In this document: positions 24,666 to 34,752 of the stretch, in pieces
How the letters are laid out: each line of letters opens with the position of its first letter
How positions within the stretch are numbered: the stretch's first letter is position 1
Source of the DNA: an uncultured Chloroflexia bacterium
Lineage (GTDB): Bacteria > Chloroflexota > Limnocylindria > Limnocylindrales > CSP1-4
DNA length: 64,000 nt
Direction of reading: 5' to 3'
Assembly (NCBI GenBank): GCA_963712745.1
Contig: CAVQJC010000010.1
Location: 114,217 to 178,216 of the forward strand
Made by a program: the position numbers and the translations under genes
Notes under the pieces: generated by a model
The model's database searches: none
What the model was told of the DNA's origin: nothing
Seen by the model: only the letters and a program-made list of their open reading frames with translations

Positions 24666-25208
24666 TTACTGGAGCTGGTCACGGATGCCGGCCAGGGCGG
24701 CCAGGCGAGGATCGATCGGATCATCAGGGTGCGCGTGAGCGGGATCATCGGCGAGGTCCGCGCCGCACGTCTCGCACAGGCCGGGGCAGTCGGGCCGGCA
24801 CAACGGGGCGATCGGCTCTGCCAGCGAGATGGCGTCGCGGATGACCGGCTCCAAGTCCAGTTCGTGGTGGTCGGACACGCGCAGCACATCGGCCTCGGCG
24901 ATGCTCGCAGGAGCTCCGCTCTCGAGGTCGACCGAGGGTAGCGCCTCTTCCTCCAGCTCCACCGCGACCGAAGCCTGGGCCGGCCGGAGGCAGCGCGAGC
25001 AGCGCTCGGCGAGGGCGGTCTGCAGGTGCCCCTGGACCAGCACGCTCCGGCCGGAGTGCGTCAGGCGTACTTCGCCTGTGACCGGTCGCGCCAGTTCGAC
25101 CCCGTCTGCCATCGACAGCCCGGAGACCGCGATGTCGAAACGTTCGCTGGTGCCGGGTGCCGAGCGCAGCAGGTCGGCGACGTTAAAGCTGAGCATGCGT
25201 CCGCTCAT
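24666..25208 (-). CDS. YceD/DUF177 family protein
   Basis: FNVADLL, CSRCL, PLCRPDCPGLCETCG, DPRLAAL; upstream of rpmF. Confidence 0.92.
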   Translation of the reverse strand: MSGRMLSFNVADLLRSAPGTSERFDIAVSGLSMADGVELARPVTGEVRLTHSGRSVLVQGHLQTALAERCSRCLRPAQASVAVELEEEALPSVDLESGAPASIAEADVLRVSDHHELDLEPVIRDAISLAEPIAPLCRPDCPGLCETCGADLADDPAHAHPDDPIDPRLAALAGIRDQLQ

Positions 25209-25701
25209 CGGTCGCGGACTCGGCGTCGGCTTCGACGGGTTCGCTGCCGTCGGCCGGGTAGCGCTCGTCGAGGGCGGAGAGGCCGCGGCGGATGGATTGG
25301 AGGGCCTTGACGACTTCGCCCTCGAGCTTGACCAGCACGTTGGCGGCGTAGGCGTCGGCGCCTTGCTGGATCTCCTGTGCCTCGCCCCGGGCCTCCTCGA
25401 TGATCTCCTCCGAGCGCTGCTCTGCGGCACGCGTGAGCTCGCGCTCCTCGATGAGGAAGGCGGCCTGCTCCTGGGCCCGGGCGATGATGCGCTCGGCCTC
25501 GTCCTGCGCACGCTCGACGAGACGGCTGGACTCCTCGTTGATTCGCTTGGCCTGGCGGACCTCCTCGGGTACGGCCACACGCAGCTGCTCGATGAGATCG
25601 GTGGCAGCCACCTTGTCGACCATCACGGCATTGGTGCCGGGGAATCGGCGACCTTGCTCGACGAGAGCATCGAGTCGCTCGATGAGGAACATGAGGTCTA
25701 T
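25183..25701 (-). CDS. Coiled-coil protein (DivIVA / ATP-synthase-b-like) of the coaD-yceD cluster; start possibly ATA at 25701
   Basis: LIERLDALV..LIEQLRVAVPEEVRQA..GADAYA; conserved synteny with coaD and yceD. Confidence 0.8.
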   Translation of the reverse strand: MDLMFLIERLDALVEQGRRFPGTNAVMVDKVAATDLIEQLRVAVPEEVRQAKRINEESSRLVERAQDEAERIIARAQEQAAFLIEERELTRAAEQRSEEIIEEARGEAQEIQQGADAYAANVLVKLEGEVVKALQSIRRGLSALDERYPADGSEPVEADAESATDERTHAQL

Positions 25702-25831
25702 GGCACGGACTCCTGTGGACAGGGAAGGACGACTGAGGATTGTAGCGAACCTTCCATGCTCGCCCTACTGTAGCGGAAGCGTCGAGAGCCCCGTCGCGGC
25801 CGAGCCCCCCGACATCGCCCCCTGGCCTGCC

Positions 25832-26329
25832 CTAGCCGCGGTCGCGGCCCTGCAGCCGGCGCGCGACCGAGTCGGGGACCATGGCGCTGAGATCTCCGCC
25901 GAAGGCGGCGATCTCACGCACCAGACTGGAGCTGAGATAGGCGTGCTCGATGCCGGTCATGAAGAAGACGGTGTCGATCTCCGGCGCCAGCTGGTGGTTG
26001 AGATGCGCGATGGCTTGCTCGCTCTCGAAGTCGGACAGAGCCCGCAGGCCCCGCACGATCGAGGTTGCGCCGCGCTCGCGGGCAAGATCGACGGTGAGCC
26101 CCTCGTAGGTGATGACCTCGATGCCGCTCGCGGCCTCCTCGGTCATCTCCTCGGCGATGGCGGCCCGGATCAACTCCGCGCGCTCGGCGGCGGGGATGCT
26201 CGGCGTCTTGCGAGTATTGACCAGCACGGCCACCACCAGCCGGTCGAAGACCACGGCCGCACGCTCGATGATGTCGACGTGCCCACGGGTGATGGGGTCG
26301 AACGACCCCGGATAGACGGCCAGGCGCAT
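25832..26329 (-). CDS. coaD: Pantetheine-phosphate adenylyltransferase
   Basis: YPGSFDPITRGH, VRGLR, SSSLVREIA. Confidence 0.98.
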   Translation of the reverse strand: MRLAVYPGSFDPITRGHVDIIERAAVVFDRLVVAVLVNTRKTPSIPAAERAELIRAAIAEEMTEEAASGIEVITYEGLTVDLARERGATSIVRGLRALSDFESEQAIAHLNHQLAPEIDTVFFMTGIEHAYLSSSLVREIAAFGGDLSAMVPDSVARRLQGRDRG

Positions 26330-26937
26330 CAACGACCTCCCTCGGCGTGTTCTGGATGGCGACGATACACGCTCAGGGCGGTCTCGCCGAAGCGCCGCTC
26401 GCGCATGCGCTCCAGGCTGGCGATGCGTGGCGGCGGCGCGTCCTTCCAGAAATGCTTGGCCACGATGACCACTTCCGGGTCGATCCAGCCGGAGCCGGCC
26501 CGGGCCAGCAGCTCGAGCGCGGCCAGCAGATCCGCAACCTGCGCATAGGGCGGATCCAGCACGACGCAGCCGAAGGGCGCCTCCGGTGCTGCCCGGGCGC
26601 CATCGGCGAGGAATGCCAGGACGCCGCGACGCACGACCCGAGCGTCATGGCCCAGCTGGGTCCGTTCCAGGTTGCGCTGGATGACCGCGGTGGTGCGGCC
26701 GTCCTTCTCGACCAGCACGGCCGACGGCGCTCCGCGGCTGAGCGCCTCGATGCCGGCCGCGCCGGAGCCGGCGAAGAGATCGAGCATGGGCCGGGCCCAG
26801 ATGTCGGCGCGCTCAGCTTCGGCCATGGAGAAGAGGGCCTGCTTGACCTTGTCGCTCAGGGGCCGAGTGCCCGGTCCCGGGGCCTCGAGCCGCAGGCCGC
26901 CGGCGACGCCGGTGATGACCCGGCCGGCGTCAGGCAC
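26329..26937 (-). CDS. rsmD: 16S rRNA m2G966 methyltransferase
   Basis: RVITG, TRP..KVKQALF, LDLFAGSG, EALSRGA, DPPY. Confidence 0.93.
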   Translation of the reverse strand: MPDAGRVITGVAGGLRLEAPGPGTRPLSDKVKQALFSMAEAERADIWARPMLDLFAGSGAAGIEALSRGAPSAVLVEKDGRTTAVIQRNLERTQLGHDARVVRRGVLAFLADGARAAPEAPFGCVVLDPPYAQVADLLAALELLARAGSGWIDPEVVIVAKHFWKDAPPPRIASLERMRERRFGETALSVYRRHPEHAEGGR

Positions 26938-29152
26938 CCACCGCCTCCTCGTCGGCGCCCTCGCCCGCAGCGATAGCCGCCAGCCAACCCGTCTCAAGCT
27001 CGCGCGCCAGGGCCTCGTGCTCCGGGGCCAGACGACCGTGCTCGTCGACGAGTGACTCGGCCACTTCGCGACATAGCACCGCCAGCTCCCGGTCCTCCTC
27101 GTTCGTGAGCGAGGCCAGGCGCATCCGCGGCAGGCCGCTCTGGGTCAACCCCAGCACGTCGCCCTCGCCGCGCAAGCGCCAGTCTTCCTCGGCCAGCTCG
27201 AAGCCATCGTTCGAGTCGTGGATGGCCTTGAGTCGTGCGCGGGCGGTCGTGTCCTCGCCCACCTCGGCCACCAGTACGCAGTACGACTGAGCCGTACCCC
27301 GACCCACGCGTCCTCGTAGCTGGTGCAGCTGCGACAGCCCGAAGCGGTCGGCATTGAGCACGATCATCAGCGTGGCCTCGGGCACGTCGACCCCGACCTC
27401 GACCACCGTCGTGCCCACCAGCACATCGAGCTCGCCGTCTCGGAAGCGGCCCATCTCGGCATCGCGATCATCGGCGCGCATACGGCCGTGGACGAGACCC
27501 ACCTTCAGCGGCGCCAGTCGTGCCCGCAAGCGGGCGGCCACCTCCTCGGCGCCGCGGGCCTCGTCGTGCCCGTCCGCCGCCGGCAGCGAGGGCGGTAGCT
27601 CGGCGGCATCATCGCCCTCGTCGGAGCCCTGTGGGTCGATGTGCGGTACGACCACGAAGGTGCGGTGTCCCGCCGCGGCTTCCTTGCGCACCTGGGCCCA
27701 GGTGGTCTCAAGATCGTGGGACGGCTTCACGCCCGTCAGGGTGGTGGGACGGCCCGACGGGGCCGAGCGCAGGTCGGAGACATCGAGATCGGCGTACAGC
27801 ACCTGACCCAGAGTGCGCGGGATGGGCGTGGCCGTCATCAGCAGCACGTGGGGCGAGATGCCCTTGGCGGCGATGGCCTCACGCTGGGCCACCCCGAAGC
27901 GGTGCTGCTCGTCGACCACCACGAGGTCGAGTCGCGCATACGACACCGACTCCTGTAGCAGCGCGTGCGTGCCCACTACCACCTGGGCCTGCCCGTTGGC
28001 GATGGCTTCGTGGGCGGCCTTGCGTCCGGCTGTGCTCAGGGAGCCGGTCAGCAGCGTGACCGCGATGCCGGCGCGCGCAAGGAGATCTCCGATGGTCTCG
28101 GCCAGCTGCCGGGCGAGCAGGTCGGTCGGCGCCAGCAGCGCGGCTTGCCCTCCACCGTGCGCAGCGAGGGCGAGGGCATAGGCCGCTACGGCCGTCTTGC
28201 CCGAGCCGACGTCGCCCTGGATGAGCCTCAGCATGGGCACGACCGCAGCCACGTCGGCGCGGACCGCGTCCATCGCTGCCGCCTGGTCCGGGGTCAGTCC
28301 CACTTCGCGGCCGACACGCCCGGACAGCCCTCGTGCGATGCCCCCGCGCAGCGACTGGTCTTCGGCGTCGGTGATCTTGAGGCCTGCCTTGACCCGCTCT
28401 TCGCGGCGCTGACGGCGGCGCTGGACCATGCCCACCTGCAGGGCCAGCAGTTCGTCGTGAGCCAGCCGCCGCACGGCTGCGTCGCGTTGCGCGAAGTCGT
28501 CGGGATAGTGGGCTGCGGTGATGGCTGCGCGGATCGAGGGCTGGCCGCCACGGATGCGCCCCGGCAAGTAGTCCGGCTCGAGCAGCTGGCCGTAGCGGTC
28601 GAGGCCAGCGCGGATGGCGGCGCGCAGGGTGCGCGCGGTGACGCCAGCGGTCAGCCGGTAGATGGGCACGATGCGGCCCGCGTGCAGCAGGTCGCCGCCG
28701 TCGTCGCGCTGGAAATCGGGGTTGTCCAGCTGCGGGCGCCAACCGCGCAGCTTCACCTTGCCGCTGAGCACCAGCCTGTCCCCTTCGCCGATCTGGCGCT
28801 CGATGAACCGACGTCCGAACCACACCGCCTCCACCTCTGCACCGTCCTGCTGCAGGACCGCGATCGTCCGCTGCACGCGGCGACGGAAGGTCTTCTCCAC
28901 GCGCAGCGAGTCGACCGTGGCGCGGACCGTGACGGGCGTCTTCGGATCCAACTGCGGGAGACGCGCCACGGGCGTGAACTCACGCAGGTCCTCGTAGCGC
29001 TTGGGGAACGTGGTGACCAGATCTCGCACGGTCTCGATGCCCATGCGCCGGCCGTGGCGCCGCAGCACACTGGCGCCGGGAAGCCCGGAGCGGCCGATGG
29101 GCGTCTCGAGTCCGGAGCCGGACGGTGCCGCCGCGCCGGAGGCTCGGGCCAC
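26930..29152 (-). CDS. recG: ATP-dependent DNA helicase RecG
   Basis: QGDVGSGKT, DEQHRFG, MTATPIPRTL, QLHQLRGRVGRG. Confidence 0.97.
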   Translation of the reverse strand: MARASGAAAPSGSGLETPIGRSGLPGASVLRRHGRRMGIETVRDLVTTFPKRYEDLREFTPVARLPQLDPKTPVTVRATVDSLRVEKTFRRRVQRTIAVLQQDGAEVEAVWFGRRFIERQIGEGDRLVLSGKVKLRGWRPQLDNPDFQRDDGGDLLHAGRIVPIYRLTAGVTARTLRAAIRAGLDRYGQLLEPDYLPGRIRGGQPSIRAAITAAHYPDDFAQRDAAVRRLAHDELLALQVGMVQRRRQRREERVKAGLKITDAEDQSLRGGIARGLSGRVGREVGLTPDQAAAMDAVRADVAAVVPMLRLIQGDVGSGKTAVAAYALALAAHGGGQAALLAPTDLLARQLAETIGDLLARAGIAVTLLTGSLSTAGRKAAHEAIANGQAQVVVGTHALLQESVSYARLDLVVVDEQHRFGVAQREAIAAKGISPHVLLMTATPIPRTLGQVLYADLDVSDLRSAPSGRPTTLTGVKPSHDLETTWAQVRKEAAAGHRTFVVVPHIDPQGSDEGDDAAELPPSLPAADGHDEARGAEEVAARLRARLAPLKVGLVHGRMRADDRDAEMGRFRDGELDVLVGTTVVEVGVDVPEATLMIVLNADRFGLSQLHQLRGRVGRGTAQSYCVLVAEVGEDTTARARLKAIHDSNDGFELAEEDWRLRGEGDVLGLTQSGLPRMRLASLTNEEDRELAVLCREVAESLVDEHGRLAPEHEALARELETGWLAAIAAGEGADEEAVGA

Positions 29153-29155
29153 GCG

Positions 29156-30937
29156 CTATTCGACCGCGACCAGGAGGTGGTCGTGCGGCTGGCCCCCCTC
29201 GACGAGCTCCACCTCGGCGCCGAAACCGGCCAGCTCGATGCGCTCACACAGGTCCATCTGGCGGCCGGGCGTCTCGCCCCGGCCGCAGTAGAGGGTCACC
29301 AGCTCGATGTCCTCGAAGGTGGCCAGGGCCTTGAGCGTCACCGCCTCCACGTCGTCTCCGGCAGCCAGCAGGTGACGGTCAGCGTCGAGCGCCAGGATCT
29401 GGCCTTCGCGCACCGGCTCGCCGTCGACCACCGAGTCCTTGGCCGCGGTGGTGACACGGAAGGAGCGGATCAGGGTCGACTCCGCGGTCATGCGCTCGAG
29501 ATTGGCCTCCAGATCGGCGGCGGGATCGAAGGCGATGGCGGCGGCGATGCCCTCGGCAGCGTTGCGGGTGGGGATCACCTGCACGCGAACCATCGGCGTC
29601 AGCTCGGCCGCCTGGCCCGCGGCCAGTACGGCATCGCGGTCGTTGGGCAGCACGATGACCTGCAAGGCACCGGCAGCCAGGATGCCCTCGGCGATCTCGC
29701 CCACCGACGGTCGAGTGCCGTGGCCGGGACGGACGATGCGGGCACCGAGCGATCGGAGGACCCGGGCCAGTCCGTCCGCGCCGGTGACGGCCACGATGGC
29801 AGTCGTGGCCGCGTCCGTGCGCCCGACCGTGGGGTTCTCCGCTGGACCTTCGGCCTCCGTCGGCCCGGCCGCGGGCTCGGGCGCAGGCTCGTCCGCCGCG
29901 CCGGCGGCCCCGGTCCCCTCGGCGCGGGCAGGGTTGTGGGCGACCTGATCGTCCAGGTCGAGGACCTCGACCTGGCTGAGGCGGCCCCAGCGCAGGCCGG
30001 CCGCGATGGCCAAGTCCGGCCGCTCCCCGTGGACGTGCACGCGCGTGAGGCCCTCGTCGCCGGCCACCACCACCGAGTCCCCCACGGCCAGGATGGCTTC
30101 GCGCAAGGCGGCCACGTCGATGCCACGTTCGGGTGACGTCAGCATGTACTGCGTCTCGTAGCCGTGTTCATCGGTAACCGCCTGGCCCTCATGTCCATGA
30201 AGGCGAGCGGCACCCTCGCTGGCAGCTGCCGAGGCCTCCCTCGCGGCGGCCACCGGCGTTGGACCGGACGGTGTCGTGGGCGCCCGCGCCATGCGTCGCG
30301 CGAGAGTGGCTCGACGATCCGCCTCGACCTGGAGCATGCCCTCGAGCACGCGATAGAGGCCCTGCCCGCCCGAATCGACGACGCCGGCGTCCTCCAGGAC
30401 CGGCAACAGCGTGGGCGTGCGCTGCACCGAGCTGGCGGCAGCCTCGATGACGTCAGCCAGCACCGCCTCCACGTGGGGCTGCCGTCCGGCCGCCGCCTCG
30501 GCCGCGTCAGCGGCGTCACGGATGACCGTCAGGATCGTGCCCTCGACCGGCGTGAGCACCGACTCGTAGGCCACGTCGGAGCCCTTGCGCAGACCCTGGG
30601 CGAACTCGATGCCACTGGCACGCTGGCGCCCATCGGCCCCGTGGGTCATGCCCCGGATGATCTGCGAGAGGATGACCCCGCTGTTGCCGCGGGCGCCGGT
30701 CAGGGCCCCACGGCTGAGGGCCTCCGCCACGGAGTCGAGGTCCCGCCCATCCTCCGGCAACGAGTTGGCCTCGGCCAGGGCGGAGCGCATGGTGGCCAGC
30801 ATGTTGGATCCCGTGTCCCCGTCGGGAACAGGAAAGACGTTGAGCGAGTCGATCTCGTCCACGTGCCGCTCGAGGTTGCGGGTGGCGGCCTCGACCGCGC
30901 GAAGGAGCGTCGGCCCGTCGACATAGAGGCGGGTCAT
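29156..30937 (-). CDS. DAK2-domain protein (FakA/YloV family fatty acid kinase subunit)
   Basis: LNVFPVPDGDTGSNM, GARGNSGVILSQ, PVEGTILTV, GVVDSGG, GGQP; lies between rpmB and recG. Confidence 0.93.
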   Translation of the reverse strand: MTRLYVDGPTLLRAVEAATRNLERHVDEIDSLNVFPVPDGDTGSNMLATMRSALAEANSLPEDGRDLDSVAEALSRGALTGARGNSGVILSQIIRGMTHGADGRQRASGIEFAQGLRKGSDVAYESVLTPVEGTILTVIRDAADAAEAAAGRQPHVEAVLADVIEAAASSVQRTPTLLPVLEDAGVVDSGGQGLYRVLEGMLQVEADRRATLARRMARAPTTPSGPTPVAAAREASAAASEGAARLHGHEGQAVTDEHGYETQYMLTSPERGIDVAALREAILAVGDSVVVAGDEGLTRVHVHGERPDLAIAAGLRWGRLSQVEVLDLDDQVAHNPARAEGTGAAGAADEPAPEPAAGPTEAEGPAENPTVGRTDAATTAIVAVTGADGLARVLRSLGARIVRPGHGTRPSVGEIAEGILAAGALQVIVLPNDRDAVLAAGQAAELTPMVRVQVIPTRNAAEGIAAAIAFDPAADLEANLERMTAESTLIRSFRVTTAAKDSVVDGEPVREGQILALDADRHLLAAGDDVEAVTLKALATFEDIELVTLYCGRGETPGRQMDLCERIELAGFGAEVELVEGGQPHDHLLVAVE

Positions 30938-31027
30938 GACAGCGTCTTCAACACCCGCTGCGGGCAACCGGTCAGGGCGTTCCTAGGGCATGGCACGGGT
31001 CGGCTCCCTCCGTTCTCGCGAGGCCGA

Positions 31028-31036
31028 TGGTATAGT
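31028..31036 (+). promoter_or_regulatory. Putative extended -10 promoter (TGG-TATAGT) of rpmB
   Basis: TGnTATAGT about 60 nt upstream of the rpmB ATG. Confidence 0.5.
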
Positions 31037-31095
31037 ACGCGGCCGTGCGGTCGTCACTCGACCCGCCCCCATTTCATGCATTCCTGAGGAAGATC

Positions 31096-31293
31096 ATGGC
31101 TCGCTCCTGCGCGAAGTGCGGCAAGGCCTCCATGGGCGGCTACAACCCCCAGTCGTCTGGGATGAACCGTGTCCGTGCCCGTCGTCGCTACAACGTCAAC
31201 CTGCAGCAGCTCAAGGTCTACGAAGGCGGTCAGGTCACGCGTACGCTCATCTGCACGCGCTGCCGCCGCACGATGATGAAGTCCGCCTCCTAG
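31096..31293 (+). CDS. rpmB: 50S ribosomal protein L28
   Basis: MARSCAKCGK..RRRYNVNLQ..ICTRCRR; GAGGA RBS. Confidence 0.93.
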   Translation: MARSCAKCGKASMGGYNPQSSGMNRVRARRRYNVNLQQLKVYEGGQVTRTLICTRCRRTMMKSAS

Positions 31294-31303
31294 GCGCGAC
31301 CTC

Positions 31304-32176
31304 TCAGGCTTCGTAGCCGAGCTCCCGCAACCGCGGCCCGCAGAGCCGCTCGACCTCGCGCTGCTCGGCCGCATCGAGGTCCGCGCGCCAGCGCCCCACC
31401 GAGGCCCCACTCACGGCACCCTCGTAATCGGGGCGCTTCGTCTGCCCTGCATCAGCATCGTCCTCGCGCCGCCCGGCGCGCGCCAGCCACTCACCGTCGG
31501 GCGCGACGCCGACACCGTCGCAGATGGCCCGCAGCACCGGCCCGGGATCGGCCACCAGGTCCTCGTAGCGGACCTCGACGTAGCGAGGGTCGTCGCGCCA
31601 GGCCATGCCGCTGGCGGTGTCATCCAGCCAGCGCGTTGCGTACCACTCGAGCGAGCGTGGGACCAGCACCTTCTGCCATCGGCCGTCCACCCAGCGCCAG
31701 TCGGGATGCTGGCGCATGGAGCAGATGACGTCACGCCCGTCGCGGACGATGTGGACGACCGATGCCTTCGGCCAGCGGGCCAGGATCCAGTCGAGGTGGC
31801 GGATGTTCTGGGGTGTCTTCTCGGCCCAGCGCTCCTTGCCCCGGTCGGCTCGGACCCGTGCCGCGAAGTCGTCCACGAAGGCTGACTGGGAGCGAGCGGA
31901 GCGGCGCATCCCCTCCAGCTCCACGAGCGGGATCTGGTACGACCGAGCCAGCCACTCGAGATTGAAGGCGGCGGGCACGAAGAGCTTCGTCTCGGCCCCG
32001 GAGCAGACCGCGGGGTGCCGGTCGAACAGTCGGCGCAGCACCGTCGTGCCGCTGCGCGGAGCGCCGCCCATGACGATGTGCCGCTCCTCGGAGCGATGGC
32101 CAGCCATCCGCCACCGTCGCTGACGCAAGCGCTCGAGGCGATTGCGCATCCGGGTCCGGACTGGGCTGCCGGCCAC
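31304..32176 (-). CDS. Sulfotransferase family protein
   Basis: GAPRSGTT (PAPS 5'-binding loop), WAEKTP, HIVRDGRDV.CS, VRYEDLV. Confidence 0.9.
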   Translation of the reverse strand: MAGSPVRTRMRNRLERLRQRRWRMAGHRSEERHIVMGGAPRSGTTVLRRLFDRHPAVCSGAETKLFVPAAFNLEWLARSYQIPLVELEGMRRSARSQSAFVDDFAARVRADRGKERWAEKTPQNIRHLDWILARWPKASVVHIVRDGRDVICSMRQHPDWRWVDGRWQKVLVPRSLEWYATRWLDDTASGMAWRDDPRYVEVRYEDLVADPGPVLRAICDGVGVAPDGEWLARAGRREDDADAGQTKRPDYEGAVSGASVGRWRADLDAAEQREVERLCGPRLRELGYEA

Positions 32177-32177
32177 G

Positions 32178-32621
32178 TCAGGCGTCGCTGTCGAGCCAGA
32201 TGGTCATGGGTCCGTCGTTGACCAGCTCCACCTGCATCTCGGCGCCGAACTCGCCGCGACCGACCTCGACGCCGCGCGACTCGACCGCTCGCGCGAAGAC
32301 CTCCACCAGCTCCTCGGCCACATCGGGCGCGGCCGCCTGGATGAACGAGGGCCGCCGGCCCTTGCGCGTGTCGCCGTAGAGGGTGAACTGGCTGACCACC
32401 AGCATCGCGCCGCCGACGTCGGCCAGCGACCTGTTCGTGCGACCCTCGTCGTCGCGGAAGATGCGCAGGTCGACCGATCTGGTGGCCAGCGCCTGGGCCA
32501 CCGCCGGGGTGTCGCCCGGTCCGACTCCGACCAGCGTCATGAGGCCCGGGCCGATGGACCCGCGAACCGCATCGGCCACGCTGACCTGGGCCCGGGTTAC
32601 GCGCTGCAGCAGGACCCGCAT
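32178..32621 (-). CDS. dtd: D-aminoacyl-tRNA deacylase
   Basis: MRVLLQRV, VSQFTL, GRRPSF, LVNDGPMT. Confidence 0.97.
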   Translation of the reverse strand: MRVLLQRVTRAQVSVADAVRGSIGPGLMTLVGVGPGDTPAVAQALATRSVDLRIFRDDEGRTNRSLADVGGAMLVVSQFTLYGDTRKGRRPSFIQAAAPDVAEELVEVFARAVESRGVEVGRGEFGAEMQVELVNDGPMTIWLDSDA

Positions 32622-32624
32622 CGC

Positions 32625-33401
32625 TCAGCGCGCGGCGGCGGCGTCGTGCGTGGAGGTAGTGAAGGGATCAGCCGGGCCACGGTCCCGGCTCTCGACTTCG
32701 GCCGGACCGGCCTCGAACCCGCGCTGGGCAAGCTCCCTGACCAGCTCGACCTCGTCGGAGGCGTCGCTGCCGCGCTGGAAGAGGGCGGAGCCGACGATGC
32801 ACACGTCGATGCCGTGGCTGCCCACGAGCTCGGCCGTCCTGCTATTCACGCCGCCGTCGACATGGACCAGGCCGCCGCGGCCGGCGGCAGCCAGTTTGGC
32901 GCGCGCCTGGGCGATCTTGGGCGCCGTCTCGGGGATGAAACCCTGACCGCCCCAGCCGGGGTACACGCTCATGATCATGATGACCTCGAGTTCGTCCAGC
33001 CACGGATCGACCGCCGAGACCGGGGTGTCCGGGCTCACGGCCAGGCCGGCTCCCTGCCCGGCCGCGTGGATGGCGGCGATGGCAGCGCTCTTCTGCTCGG
33101 CCGGTTCCTCGCTCTCCACGTGGAAGCTGATCGTCTCTGGGCCGGCCTCGATGAAGCGCTGCATATAGCGGGCCGGCTGGCTGATCATGAGATGGACGTC
33201 GAGGGGCATGTCGGTGAGCCGCCGGAAGGCCGTCACCACGTCCGGCCCGAAGGTGATGTTGTCGACGAAGTGCCCGTCCATGACGTCGAGGTGCAGCCGG
33301 TCGGCCCCAGCGCGTTCCATCTTGTGCACGACGCGATCGAGGCGGCTGAAGTCGGCGTTGAGGATGCTGGCCGAGACCTGCACCTGGTGAGCATCCTTCA
33401 T
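32625..33401 (-). CDS. rpe: Ribulose-phosphate 3-epimerase
   Basis: HLDVMDGHFVDN, DVHLM, MSVYPGWGGQ, VDGG. Confidence 0.96.
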   Translation of the reverse strand: MKDAHQVQVSASILNADFSRLDRVVHKMERAGADRLHLDVMDGHFVDNITFGPDVVTAFRRLTDMPLDVHLMISQPARYMQRFIEAGPETISFHVESEEPAEQKSAAIAAIHAAGQGAGLAVSPDTPVSAVDPWLDELEVIMIMSVYPGWGGQGFIPETAPKIAQARAKLAAAGRGGLVHVDGGVNSRTAELVGSHGIDVCIVGSALFQRGSDASDEVELVRELAQRGFEAGPAEVESRDRGPADPFTTSTHDAAAAR

Positions 33402-34666
33402 GCCGGGCTGCCCGACGGCAGGTCGCGATCCACGACGACCAGCGCGGCCGCGCTGCGGCGCTCGATGACGTCGCGGCGCCGCTGGACCGCCGCCGGCGCC
33501 GGCTCTCCCGCCTTCTCCGCGGCCAGCTGACCACAGGCCGCACCGATATCGAGGCCGCGATTGCGGCGGACGGTCGTGTGCAGACCTACCGCCCTGAGCG
33601 TCGACGCGAAGGCCTCGACACGTTCGGGCGAGGAGGGCTGCCAGGGCGTGTGGGCGACCGGATTCATGGGGATGAGGTTGACGTGAGCGAGGCGTCCGCG
33701 CAGCAGATCGGCCGCGGCACGAGCGTCCGCCGGCGTGTCGTTGATGCGGTCGATCATGACCATCTCGTAGGTCACGCGGCGGCCGGTCGCGTCAGCGTAG
33801 GCCGTGGCCGCGGCCACGACATCATCGAGTGGGTACTTGCGGTTGAGCGGCACGAGCACGTCGCGCAGGTCGGGCCGGGCCGCGTGCAGGGAGACCGCCA
33901 GCTTGTACTGTCGCCGCAGCGAGGTCAGCCGCTCGATGCCCGGGACGACACCGCTGGTGGAGACCGTGATGTGGCGCTGACCAAGCCCGAACCGGTTGCC
34001 GTCGCTGAGCGCCGCGCAGGCCGCCAGCACCGCGTCGGGATTGAGCAGTGGCTCACCCATGCCCATGAAGACGATGTTGGTCAGGCGCCGGCCTTCGCCC
34101 GCCAGCTCGTTGCGCCAGTAACGTGCCTGGTCGATGATCTCCGAGGTGCGCAGGTCCCGCCACAGGCCCAGCTCACCGGTGGCGCAGAAAGGGCAGCCGA
34201 CCGCACAGCCGGCCTGGCTGGAGATACACAGCGTGGTGCGCTCACGGCGCGAGCCGCGGGCCGGATAGCGCATGAGCACCGACTCCACCACGCGGCCGTC
34301 GTCGAGCGAGTGCAGGGCCTTGTCGGTAAGGCCGCCGTCTGCCTGCTTGCGCTCGGTACCGGTCAGCGTACAGAAGCGGTATGTCTCCTCGAGCGCCTGG
34401 CGCAGCGGGCCCGGCAGGGTGTGGATGTCATCGAATGACAGGGCCCGGCCTGACCACACGTGGTCGGCCAGCTGGCGAGCACGGAATGCCGCTTCGCCCC
34501 GGTCGGCGAACCACGAGAGCAGCTCCTGCGGCGACGCATCGGCGATGCCCGGTCGTTTGTCCTGGGGACCGCTGGCCGGCAGGTCGAGCAGCGGCAGGGC
34601 AGCGTCGGCGCCGTCCGCCGGGGTCAGGGCGGGTTCGGGCACAACGGCAGGATCGGGCTTGGGCAT
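33398..34666 (-). CDS. rlmN: 23S rRNA m2A2503 radical SAM methyltransferase
   Basis: CISSQAGCAVGCPFCATG, VFMGMGEP, SLHA, AACGQL. Confidence 0.96.
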   Translation of the reverse strand: MPKPDPAVVPEPALTPADGADAALPLLDLPASGPQDKRPGIADASPQELLSWFADRGEAAFRARQLADHVWSGRALSFDDIHTLPGPLRQALEETYRFCTLTGTERKQADGGLTDKALHSLDDGRVVESVLMRYPARGSRRERTTLCISSQAGCAVGCPFCATGELGLWRDLRTSEIIDQARYWRNELAGEGRRLTNIVFMGMGEPLLNPDAVLAACAALSDGNRFGLGQRHITVSTSGVVPGIERLTSLRRQYKLAVSLHAARPDLRDVLVPLNRKYPLDDVVAAATAYADATGRRVTYEMVMIDRINDTPADARAAADLLRGRLAHVNLIPMNPVAHTPWQPSSPERVEAFASTLRAVGLHTTVRRNRGLDIGAACGQLAAEKAGEPAPAAVQRRRDVIERRSAAALVVVDRDLPSGSPA

Positions 34667-34752
34667 CGAGGCGGAATGGTACCCACAAAGCGCAGATGTG
34701 GCCGTGGAGCGCCTGGGCGCGCTCGAGCCCCGAGGGGCGCAGCGGTCCAGAG

